Of a stretch of 64,000 nucleotides of DNA, positions 1 through 11,610 are shown piece by piece; within the stretch, counting starts at the first letter, position 1, and the number at the start of each line of letters is the position of its first letter. Origin of the DNA: Amphiscolops sp. MND2022 (taxonomy: Eukaryota); NCBI GenBank assembly GCA_964187785.1, contig OZ076409.1, positions 60,018,001-60,082,000 on the forward strand, given 5' to 3'. A model generated the notes under the pieces. That model did no database searches and was not told the origin of the DNA. It worked only from the letters and a program-made list of their open reading frames with translations. Made by a program: the position numbers and the translations under genes.

Positions 1-249
1 CCGAGTTTCACATTTTCTTGAGTTTTCCATTCATGTCTTATTTCAAAATCTCATCAATACATCGTCAGTGAAATGTTGTTTCAGAGTCTCATAATTTCTA
101 ATGGGCGAACCTTAGAATTCTTTAGTAATTCTTTAGAATTCTTCACATTGGTGGTAATTCAGCCCAATTTTTACTAAAAAGGCGAATTCGCAAAATCAAA
201 GAAAGGATTCAATGCTGACTTTTAAACAGTTTGCTGTATTTGAAGAAGC

Positions 250-1330
250 GCGGACTACCAAAGTGACTAGTTCTCACTTTTCGTCTCTAATTGCTGATGA
301 CACAACGGTTTTTTAATATGGGTCGGAACTCAGAAAAAGAAATCACTGAAGATCTTCGAAAAATGCGAAATTGGTTTGACGTGAACAAATTAACACTCAA
401 TGTCGAAAAATGCGAATCCATTAGTTTCGGTAGAGCGCAACCGGTAAATGAAGAAGCATTTGGTGAAAAATCCCATGCGAAAGTTCGTGCAAGTATGTAG
501 CTGTATTAATTGACAATAAACTGAACTTCAACGATCATGTTTATCATGTATCAAAAAAACTGACCAAATTCTGCGGGCTGGTATATAGAAGAAGACACCT
601 TTATCCCTTGCATTGTTTACTTCTATTTTATCAATCATATGCAAATCCCCTTATTACATATGGTCTTTTGAATTATGGCAGTACAGCCAAAACGAATCTT
701 CATCCTATCGAAAATGCACAAAGGTGAATTATTCGAGCCATGTGTTTCAAAAAAATCCGAATCTCTCCAAAATATTATTGCGAATAGAAAATTGCTAGCA
801 GTATACGAAATGTAAATATCGGAATTAGTTGTTGAACTTTTCAGACAATTGAGAGGAAATTCGCCATTTGACCATATGAAGGATCGTTTTGTTCCTTATG
901 AAATAAATAAACGTAGAAAGTCAAAAAGTTTACTACCAGTAACAATCGATAGAACACAAATGAAAAGGCGTTCTCTCAGATATGCTGTCATCAAAACATG
1001 TAACTGGTTGAAGTCACGTGATCTGATGCCTCAGAAGGTTGAATCATTAACAAACGCACAAGTGAAGTCGAATTATGGAGGTATTTATACCAAACAATAA
1101 AGCACTCTTCGAAATATTTACAACAAAACTAGTACTGAACGTATCATTTATCAATTGACTACAAGCAATAAAAAGAAGTGAAATACGGGGTAGCTTCAAG
1201 ATGTCATTGTTGATTTTCTGGTGCGAAGACACTAGAAGAGCTGATCAGCTCATTCTTCGTCCCTTTTGTTTCTTTTGGTTGTATAGTTTTTTACTTATGT
1301 AATGCCATACAAACGAATAAATAAATTGTT
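250..1330 (+). pseudogene. 5'-truncated, decayed non-LTR retrotransposon (LINE): C-terminal part of the RT ORF plus 3' UTR
   Basis: Frameshifted reading gives LIADDTTVF (FADD-type RT motif, ~286-312), NWFDVNKLTLNVEKC, KYVAVLIDNKLNFNDHV and KKLTKFCGLVYR, typical of CR1/L2-group LINE RT C-termini. Several stops and frameshifts; ends in AATAAATAAA near 1317-1326. Confidence 0.8.
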
Positions 1331-2101
1331 TCTTTCTTTCTTCAAAATCACATCGAAATGTCAACGTTTGTGTTCAGTTTGTTCATCTTCTTTAGTAGTT
1401 CCAAACCGCCATGAAGCACATGTTGATCGTATCGGGATCCTATCGTTAAGGTTTTTAACACTGTGCGGCGTTTCTGAAATTGTTTTCATTTCACCGAAAG
1501 GTTTCGCATTGTTTCTTTTAGTTGTTTTCAGATTTTGAAACGTTTAGTAACACGAAAGTCTTTTTGAAAGAAATTCTTTGCGCTTTTTGAGCCTTGGGTG
1601 GGGCACCGACTGGTCTCGTAAATTTTTTCTCAACTCAAGGATTGTCAACTTCTCTCAGACGGCCGAACAAAAACTATAAAACTATTATGAATTGCGTTGT
1701 CAAGGTGCGCAAAGGTTCTCGATTGATTGCTACAAATGTGTTCCATTTTGTGTACCATAATGTACTCTTTGTCGAAACAACAATGTACAACGCTATAAAC
1801 TGCGATACCAAAAAATCTACATCACTTGTTTTTGCCAACGAAAGATTTCGAAGCGTACTGAATCTACCGATATGCGGTTAACAAAAAAGTCGCAGATGTA
1901 AACCTAGTTGAATTTTAGATAGTGGTTGGAACTCACAATAGTATTTTTAGTTGGCAAATCGAATACAAATTTCGAAAATTGTATTGTTTTGGAACAACTT
2001 GTATCCAACTTGTAGTTCCTTGAATCAGCTAAAAGTGACTTCGAGCGCAAGTGGCAGCACGTGTAATACTCTTTGACTCTGCATCTTGACTCTGTACTCT
2101 G

Positions 2102-4393
2102 TTTTTAGTTGGCGCTTTTCCTTTAAGGGAAAAATGCCCGACTATAGCAGTGACAGTTTTTAGTCGACGCCTTTTCCCTTAAGGAAAAAAGCCCGACTCT
2201 TACAGTGAGTAGTTTTTTTTCATTTTTTTCAGTTGACAATCTCACTCTGAGTGGTCCACTTTTTTACAATCTTTTGTTCCTTTGTTTTCTGATAAGCTTA
2301 GTTTTTCACAACTAATTTTCTGAGAAGCAGGAGGTCGTGGGTTCGATTCTCGCATTAAACCACAAGTTTTTTTATGCTTCCAAAAGTAGAGGCGAGACCA
2401 AAAGGCGAGACCCCTTTGGGTTTTTTCGGCACTATGCGACTTTTTTTTCGAAAATTATCGAATTCTATCAAAGGGTACCCCTTTGCATTTTTTTGAAGTT
2501 TTCAGTTTCTAAAAACGTTTCATGAGCCTAAATGGCCTCTTTTCTAAGTATTTCGGCATTGTGCGACTGTTTTTTTAAAAAATACTTTTTTTGAAAAAAA
2601 AAAATTTCCAAATTTTTCCAATAGTTGTTCTTGAATATTTTTGAGCCTTAGATATGGCGCCGACTTGGGACGTTACCGTCTTGTTTTTAGTCGGCGCTTT
2701 TCTAGGGAAAAGTGCCCGACTCTTACAGTGGCTAGTTTTTTTTTCTTTTTTTTTCGTCAGACTACAATCTCACTCTGATTGGGCCACTTTTCTTACAATC
2801 GAAACTACTAAAACTACTAGCATAAGAGGCCAAGTCCGGTCAGCGGAAATTAGCGCAAAAGGGTCCCTCTTTCATTTTTTTACCTTTTTTACGTAACCTA
2901 CAAAACCGGAAGACACCAAAGGGTCCCCCTTTCAATTTTTTTTCGGCACTGTGCGAAATTTTTTTCGAAAATTTTTTAAGGTCTCAAAAGAGTCCCCCCT
3001 TCGAGTTTTTTGATATTTTGCAACAAAATGTATGTTAATAAACCCCAAAAGGTCCCCCTTTTCATTTTTCGGCACTATGCGACATTTTCGAAGTTTTTTC
3101 AAAAAAAAATTTTTTCAAAAAAATTTTCAAATTTTATTTTGTTCCCAGTCGGGAAACAGTGATTTTCTAGTCATATAGAGCATGAAAGGCACACTTTGGG
3201 TGTCTCCAAAGTGTTTTCAAAGCTTTTCATGAATACGTCCTGAGCATATTTAGAAAACTTTGCGCTTCTTGAGCCTTAGATATAGCGCCGACTTTAGACG
3301 TTCCCGTCTTGTTTCTTCAGACTACAATCCTCACACTGATCGGTCCACTTTTTAGAAACAATCCTGAAACCACCTAAGGCACCTAGTGCGTCCAAGGGGA
3401 CAAAGCAAACTGAGTGCAAAGGGTCCCCTTTTTATTTTTTACTTTTTCAAGGTAACCTACAAAACCGGACGGGACTAAAGATTCCCCCCTTTCGATTTTT
3501 TTTCGAGACTGTGCGACTTTTTTTCGAATTTTTTTTGTCTCCAAAGGGTCGCCCATTTGAGTTTTTTGTTATTTTGCAACAGAATGCATGTTTATGAATC
3601 AAAAAGGTCACCCCTTTTGATTTTTTTCGGCACTGTGCGACATTTTCCGAAAGAAGTTTTCAAAAATTTCAAGTTTTTTTCCAAAAAAAATGTTTTGCGC
3701 TTTTTGAGCCTTAGATATAGCGCCGACTTTAGACGTTCTCGTCTTGTTTCTTTTTTTTCTTCAGACTACAATCCTCACACTGATCGGTCCACTTTTCAGA
3801 AACAATCCTGAAACCACCTAAAGCGCCCAGTCCGTCCAAGGGGCCAAAGCAAACTGAGTGCAAAGGGTCCCCCCTTTCATTTTTTACTTTTTAAAGGTAA
3901 CCTGCAAAACCGGACGGGACTAAAGATTCCCCCTTTTCGATTTTTTTTCGGCACTGTGCGACTTTTTTTCGGAAATTTTTTAATGCCCCAAAGGGTACCC
4001 CCTTTGAGTTTTTTGTTATTTTGCAACAGAATGCATGTTTATAAATCAATAAGGGTCCCCCCTTTTGATTTTTTTCGGCACTGTGCGACTTTTTTTGAAA
4101 TTTTTTAACGTCCCCAAAGGGTCCCCCATATTGATTTTTTTCGGCACTGTGCGACTTTTTTTGAAATTTTTCAACGTCCCCAAAGGGTCCCCCCTTTGAG
4201 TTTTTTGTTAATTTGCAACAGAATGCAAGTTTATAAATCAAAAAGCCCCCCCCCCTTTTTTACATTTTTTGGCACTGTGCGACATTTTCTGAAATAAAAC
4301 ATTTTTCGAAAATTACAAGTTTTTTTTCAAAAAAATGTTTTGCGCTTTTTGAGCCTTAGATATAGCGCCGACTTTAGACGTTCCCGTCTTGTT
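2102..4393 (+). mobile_element. Nested/tandem cluster of DINE-1/HINE-like (Helentron-type non-autonomous) elements, family 1
   Basis: Three 5' heads (2102, 2158, 2685: TTTTAGTCGGCGCTTTTC...GAAAAG..CCCGACT-type hairpin). Four 3' tails end at 2684, 3313, 3748 and 4393 (GAGCCTTAGATATRGCGCCGACTT + short stem-loop GACG..CGTC + TTGTT). Head AGTCGGCGCT is the reverse complement of tail AGCGCCGACT. Junctions lie in T-runs with no TSD. Confidence 0.8.
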
Positions 4394-6309
4394 TATTCGA
4401 ATTTTTTTCCTATAAAGTTTTTCTTCCAAATGAACCGAAAGAACCATTCAAACTTTGGTTTGTGGAAACAAAGTTTTCACGAACTATTTTCAATTTGTGA
4501 CCATACTGCGCTGTTTATATTGGAAGAAAACGTTTTAAATAGAAATTAGAATCAATCGAAATTCCAAATAAAATCAACGTAAAGCTACAAAATACATTAC
4601 CTCCTCTATGGTTCGAAGTTTCTTCGTGCGGTTTTTCAGGGGACCAGAAATTTTGTAGTTCAAGACAATCCAAAAAGTTCAAAAAATATGCAAAAGTAGA
4701 AAAATTTTTCGAGAAGAAAAACTGATAAACTTTCCTTCAACTTTTTCTGACGTCAAACAAAAATGCCATCGTTATTTTGATCAAAATTTGACAAATTTTG
4801 CTCTTGAGAATTTATTGTCTATTGAATATTCAAAGAAAATGTGTGTTTTTAAAATATTGTTGACAGACTTTACCCTTTAATCGCATGGCCTTTCTTCACA
4901 TTTTCTCTGTACCGTAATGACATTTTCGGGTGCGTGTTAGTTGCGGATATGAAATCTAATCAATGCTGTCAATTTTTTTCCGATGGGCATAAAAGATCAT
5001 ACATTTTTCTTCATCTAATCAATTCATCGTTTGGACGAAGTTTGTAAAATTAAGTGTGATCAGATTTGTGATATCATTGAAAACTTCTGAAACAATGAGA
5101 ATTGGGCTCTTTTTCCTTCCGCCCCCCCCCCCCCCACACACACACACTTTTTAAAGAAAACAAACTCAACATAAAGGATTATATTTGACTATATCATTCA
5201 ATATTTCTTCGAATAAGTCTTTTCCTTTGTTTTGTTGTCTTTAGAGTAGTTTTCCGCTTGAACGAAACATTGTTCACACAATTTGACTAATTATGTTCGT
5301 AGTGAGTGTTAATTGATGACTCAAAACAGGAAGCTGTTGATTTCTTCATCAAAAATGCGTAACTACATAGTGAAAAAGTGTGAACAAAGTTTGTATCTGA
5401 ATCCTAAACTATCACCCTGAGAATAAATTTAAAACTCAACTGTTTCATTGGAAACGCAATTGAGATATAATTAATTGTAAAAACATCATCTTGAAAAGCG
5501 TCGGGGGGGGGTTCTACTGGACAAAACTTGAGGTAGCGAAAAAAATGAAAACAAATCATCTCTCCAATAAACGTCGCAATAAAATGGTTACTGGCAGCGG
5601 TGGGGTTGCTTTTTTGACGCGATAATCGTTTGCTAGATTTCTTGATAAGATATTCAAGGTCGAATCAGCTGATGATTTAGTGCAAGAATCTGGTAGCTGT
5701 GACTACCAGCAAGAATCTTGACTGGGTTAACCGATTAAGCTGTTATTTCTGTTCCGGTTAACCGGATAGGAATACTTTACCCAAGTTACGCTCTGGGTAA
5801 CGGCATTTCAATAATTGGCTTTCAATCATTCAAGATAACGAGAAACACATAAAGTTCCTAATCTACAATGACAGGGATATTCAAGCCACAGGTTTTGACC
5901 AGACGTCGCATATTTCGATCAGGTGTTTTCGCCGCTTGTGAAATTATGATATGCGCGGAATCCTAAAATGGCAAAGATTTTTCAGTACTCTGCAAATTTG
6001 CATAATGCCTCAAGTAATGTGTCATTATTTGACATTCAAGCATAATACTCTTTGAACACAGTTGACTACAAACCGAATTTTAAGTGAAAACATGTTAACT
6101 AGCGTAAGCCCTGTTCGAAACTTTTAACAAGGTTTTCCAGGTTATGTTGCCGAGCGGATTTATCATTTCATAGAACTCTCGTGGAAACTTCCAAGCATTA
6201 ATAATGGCAAAGCGCCACTTGCCGAATATACAATAAGCCGTAAATGAAGAGAGTTTCACTTAGCTATAAAAATTCAATATTCAGCGGGTAAAAATCTTAT
6301 CAGCCATGC

Positions 6310-6490
6310 CTTTTACTTGGTTGTATGACTCGGCCTTCCTCGTTAAATGGCGCTCTCCGCACCCCTTCAGGTCGATCTACGTCGAAGCCAGCCGCTAGAA
6401 TAGTAATGGCACGACGCTCAACTTCGCTTCGATCCTGCATTTAGGGCTTTAGAGGTATGTGACCAAAGCTGACTACCTTATCGTAATGTT
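6310..6490. repeat. Short dispersed repeat, also at ~27525-27666
   Basis: ATGGCACG.CGCTC..CTTCGCTTCG.TCCTGCATTTAGGGC..TAG..GTATGTGA.CA.AGCTGACTAC.TTAT is shared between ~6406-6485 and ~27586-27662. Confidence 0.7.
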
Positions 6491-6639
6491 CCATCAACTT
6501 TATTGGTCCAATAATCCGCATACAATTAAGTCCATTTAAATCCAGGAATCAATTTGATCACTCATTGATTGAATTCAATAAGTCAGCTAAGTGTTCATTT
6601 TCAACTAAATGGATACTTGGGCAAGTGGGAAGCAACCTT

Positions 6640-6808
6640 AAAATTTCACTGTTTTGATTGATTTTAACAAGCTCCATAAAAGATGCATCCTCAATTTGGT
6701 GGGTAGGTAATTTATATGCCACAAAATTTAGCGGGTTTCATTGACAACAGTTCTATTTTTGAATTTTACCGCCCATTTAAGGCAAATCACCAGCGGTGGT
6801 CACTGTAT
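6640..6808 (+). repeat. Diverged copy of the dispersed GATGCATCCTAAATTTGG repeat family; ends CACTGTA (possible Tc1/mariner-type MITE end)
   Basis: AAGCTCCATAAAAGATGCATCCTCAATTTGG resembles 11470-11500. Terminal GGTCACTGTA is the reverse complement of TACAGTGACC, and the ~35117-35124 copy ends GTCACTATA. Confidence 0.45.
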
Positions 6809-7994
6809 ACAGTAGTGTGAAGAAAGAATGCGACATAGTTGCTCAGAATGCAAAGAATTCTCTAATCTGATTGGTTCACAAAGCCTCGCTGCTCAAATCT
6901 CATTGCTTTAACGAGCACCGATCGCTCGCAAAAATCAGTATTTTTAATATGTTACCGTCCTTCGGGGATAATTTTTACATGAAAATTGTACCAAAAAGTT
7001 TATCTGATTTTTTTAACCCCATGATACTTTTTGTTTGTGGAAGTAACCGAGAAAAAAACAAAAATTGAAGCACTTTTTCGTTCAGTAAAATTGGAAATAC
7101 ATGTATTAAGATAGGAATTTCAGACTTACACTTGGTAAAACTTCCACCAATACACATTTTCAAACTATATCCAAATTCAAATTTCATCTTTGTTTTCGAG
7201 ATATATGAGTGTATCTGCAGGGCAAAATTTATCAAAAAATGTTTTTTTCATCACTGATATTTTCTCAAAAATTAGTAATTTTAAATATTTTCCTCCCTAA
7301 ATCACATGTTTCTAATTTCGGAAACAATGCTGGTTGAAATTTCAAACAAAAACCATTGTATTCATAGCAAAAATACAAGACACTTTTGTTTTTACTAATA
7401 TGAATCATTTCGAATAATGTTGGAGATATGAAACTGCAAAATAAGCCTTTTGAGCCGCGTCAATTTTAGCGTGCAATTTGACTAACGGTGATTATATAGG
7501 TAAAGTAATTGATAAACCAAAGTGTGAAACTTAAGTGATCGAGACGGCGGAGAAGGAATAATGTTTTCACATTACGACACATATGCCGCAACGAACTAGC
7601 AAAATCTTGCTAGTTCGATTAACAGCCAATAAATTAACAGCCTAGTTCTCATTTCAGATACGCGGTACGAGTTTTGCTCGTTACACTGTGTGATTTGACG
7701 CTACGCGTAGTGATCAAAATACAGTAAATGACTACTTTACACTCTCTACAATTACGTACTTTGACTAGTTTCCACTTCACGCATGAATGGAAACGTCGTT
7801 TGGAGTTTTTTACTCACGGTGTGTACCAAAATTCTTTACTGGCTTCCACTTTTCTCTGATTACGCTCAATGATCACAATCCGCAATTTCTGATTACACTG
7901 TGCATTACATTGGCAGTTTTGACTGAAATAATAGAAGCTGCATTGTAATACTACAAAGTTTTTCCAAGCATGCTCCCGGAATTTTCCATATTTA

Positions 7995-8503
7995 AACAAG
8001 ACGGGAACGTCTAAAGTCGGCGCTATATCTAAGGCTCAAAAAGCGCAAAAGACTTTTTTTGAAAAAAAAATTAAATTTTTTATTTTTTTTCTTTCTGAAA
8101 ATGTTGCATAGTGCCGAAAAATGTAAACGGGGGGACCCTTTGGGCTTTATTAACATATACTTTGTTGCAAAATATCAAAAAACTCGAAAGGGGGACTCTT
8201 TTGAGACATTAAATCATTTTTCGAAAAAAAATTGCACATTGCCGAAATAAAATCGAAAGGGGGGACCCTTTAGTCTCGTCCGGTTTTGTAGGTTACGTTA
8301 AAATAGTAAAAAATGAAAGGGGGGACCCTTTTGCACTAGTTTCCGCTGACCGGACTTGGCCTTTTGGTAGTAGTTTTAGTAGTTTCGATTGTAAGAAAAG
8401 TGGCCCAATCAGAGTGAGTTTGTAGTCTGACGAAAAAAATAAGAAAAAAAACTAGCCACTGTAAGTGTCGGGCACTTTTCCCTAGAAAAGCGCCGACTAA
8501 AAA
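7995..8503 (-). mobile_element. Full-length solo HINE/DINE-1-like element, family 1 (~510 bp)
   Basis: Plus strand starts AACAAGACGGGAACGTCTAAAGTCGGCGCTATATCTAAGGCTC (tail) and ends GTCGGGCACTTTTCCCTAGAAAAGCGCCGACTAAAAA (head). Closely similar to 47308-47360 joined to 48533-48978. No TSD. Confidence 0.85.
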
Positions 8504-11344
8504 CATTAGCCTGGTATGCATGAAAACGTTTCCAGCAGATTCAACAAGGAATAGCTTCTTGGTGTCGAAAATACTTTCTTTGTAAGGATCTCGCAACAAT
8601 TTTTCACGATCTGGTCCTCTGTTTTAATACATCTCGCATTCCCAGTTCAGAATTGCTTTTCGAGTTTTTGTGACCTCTAAACTGACTAATTGTTTCCTCC
8701 TGAACTATTTTGAGTTCGGTCCTCGCCAATTTCAACCCCTTTCTGACAACTATTTGAGTATTGAGACTTATGCTTCAAATTTTCCGTACCGAGTGCTCAC
8801 TCACAAGAGCCCTTAGTGAAAGCAGAATGGTAAAAATGAACGATACTTCATAAAATTTTTGAAATATTAAAGTATAAGGGGGGTTTTTGTTAGTTTCCGT
8901 CGTATTCACAATAAAGACAACATACTCAAATTTTCGAAATGAAAACATGCACTGGAATTAACGAATGCTATATTTTTGTTTAATGAGTTTGAAAGATCAC
9001 TGTAGTCGCAAAGTCTTTAAAATCGAAAACTCATTGTCGATCCATCAAACAAATTACACTTATGAACCTATGAAAGGAAATGAATCTTTCTAGATCTTTC
9101 GCTACAAGGAATAAAAACAGATTTGTGACTTCCGTCTACGCCGTAAACGGTAACACCTCAAAGCTTGATATGCCAACATTGAATCATTATCAGGATAAAT
9201 TAAAATGCATATTGTCTCTAATATCCTATCTCTCACATTGATTTACTGTTAAAAGTTACTCATTTTATTTTTGGTGGAGAAAATTTGCGTTGAAATATAA
9301 GCCTTTCTCAACGATTTCGGCTTTTTCAGATTTTTGGACAAAAATATCAAAAGAATTTTTGCTGTAAGCGTCAAAACAGTCGTAGAGACAATCCTGTACG
9401 TAGTTGATGTTCAACCATATAAAATTTTATTTGTGTTAGAAATTTTGTCAAGATTGAAAGGTTTTTTCGTGTTGGGGAATACAAAAAAAGGTGTAACCGG
9501 GGTGGGCGTTGATTGGGGGCGCAATAAAAAACATGGTCCAAATTCAATTTGGAAATTGCACCAGTCGAACGACTCCCAGAGACCTTACACTGCCTGGTCC
9601 ATTTTACAAATTGAATTTTTCAACATCATCTTTTGTGCTTTTCAATCATGATTCGTTAAAAAGAAACACCAAAGCACAACATAGTGTTGTTCAACAGTGT
9701 CCAAATGTTCGATTAGGGCAAGTTTTGTGATGCACCGTGCAAACGTACAATTTGTACTGGCTGTCAGAAAAAACCTTTGGGACACATTTGGCCATCTCAG
9801 AGATGACCTGAAACAAAAAATACCTTTTTTGTTTACAGTGACCTGTCAAAAGGTCAACTATGGTTTTGTTCAGATGACCTTAAAGTTGGAAAGTCTTCTC
9901 AAAAAGAATGACAAAGTGGGAAAGATGTAGTCAAGTCCTTTTCTTCATTTCATTGTGTTGGTTTTAACAAAATTGTAGAAAGACTGACTCATTCAAGGTC
10001 ACGCGAGCCAAAATGTTCCGCTTTTACTCAAGATTCCGATCTGACCAAGTCCTTTGTTCACATAAAAGAGTGAGTTGAAGAGTCATGTTGATTGAAAAAC
10101 ATTATTTGCTACAACTGAAATTGGCTATTTGTTTGTCAACAGACTCTCAGAAATGTATCACCGTTATTTCCCTTAATGCAGTAGCGTAAGAAACTTGACC
10201 TAAATTTGTCAGACAAAAGACTTGGACCAAAACAAAATTGGGTCCGAAACCTGCTACCATTAAGCATACTCGGAAATCAAAATAAACAACCATTTCACCT
10301 TTGAAAGGTAGGCTCGCGAGAAAGGAAGAAACTTTCTATTTCATTTTCATCGATTCCTTCCAACTTTTACTGAATTGGCATGTGGCAGCAAACTTTCTGA
10401 CATTTTACAACCACTTTCCTAGTTTTGTTTTTTTTTGACAGGTATTTGTTTTCCCTGAAGACATTTGACTGCTTTGTACCAGGAAGAATTATATGTACAT
10501 CTATATTTATCTATCAGTTTTTTAATATTCCATTTCATTTACTATGTTAATACTAGGGATTCAGCTTTTGTTCACAAAGTATGGTGATTATCCTTTTGAA
10601 TACTTTTTTTTCAGTACCATAAGTATATGAATTATGATTATAAAAAAGAAGTCACTATTTAAACGCTAACCGTCCGAATTAATTGTTTCACATTAAGTAA
10701 CGCTCAGTTATTTTCTGACTCTATTTCAAATTCTGTGCAGAATAGAGGTTGCCGCATCAGCCGCTAAAATAACTGGCGGTCAAACTTTTTTGGGGAATAA
10801 CATAAAAGATTCAAAATGTTTTCGCATGCCCCCTGCTTGCTGGAAGTTTTTCCAAGCTGCGGGCCTTTATGCAGGATAATTTTTTTAAAATCTAGAGAAT
10901 TCGGTAAGCTTCTGGTGGTAAATCTTGTAGATGAAACTGCAGCTTACATTATTGCAATTAAGGTTGATTACGTTTTCAGTTTGTTACCGACACGATCACT
11001 TTCTATTCACACTTTAATTTCTCAACTCATTAGATGTGATCATCGCTCCTCAAACAGCACGCTAAACGTACCCAATTGCAGTTTAATACGTTACGGAAGG
11101 ATTGGATTAGGATGGCGGTAAACCTAATCAAAACTTGAAAGCTTTCAAAATTTGAAATGTTTCTTAATGAAACCTTACAAAATCTCAAGGCTTCAAAAAA
11201 GCCTTTGAATGTAAGATGCTTTTCCCAAGCAGTATGATAATGTTCAAGTGGAGCATGAAATGTTTTCGCGTGAAGTTCTGGTAAGAGTTTTAGAAAGCAT
11301 AATATAAGTTGGTTGCAACTTCAAAAAACATGCAAAAAGTTCCC

Positions 11345-11610
11345 TGGTTGAAAATACTTCAATATTTTACAAGTTTTTGTAGGTTGTACAGCTAATTCAT
11401 TGTGATTTTACAGATTTTTACCGAAAACTTTCATGCATTAAAATTTCACGGTTTCAATCGAATTTCATCAAGCTGCCTAAAAGGTGCATCCTAAATTTGG
11501 CGGCAATTCGGAGCCGCGAAGCTTCGTAGGTTTCATTGAGAAGTGGTTTTAATTTTAAATGCGACTGAGAACTCATAATTTTCACAGCCATTTTGATGCA
11601 AATCAACTTC
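11345..11610 (+). repeat. Dispersed repeat family (inverted copy 59390-59585; diverged copies ~6640-6808 and ~34885-35125)
   Basis: CAAGCTGCCTAAAAG(G/A)TGCATCCTAAATTTGGCGGCAATTCGGAGCC at 11468-11515 matches the reverse complement of 59410-59457, with similarity over ~190 bp. Confidence 0.8.

Noticed and set aside
3557..4549. ORFs in the HINE clusters (also 8059-8599, 18919-20962, 47408-48870)
   Set aside because: Translations of A/T-run tandem repeats; frames are not conserved between copies and there are no Rep or helicase motifs.
4598..4725. Possible minus-strand exon ending GAG|GTAATG
   Set aside because: The acceptor is weak, the peptide is Phe-rich and low-complexity, and nothing corroborates it.
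5592..5607. TGGCAGCGGTGGG, resembling a tRNA-Leu PBS
   Set aside because: No adjacent LTR ending in CA and no gag-like sequence; too short to support an element.
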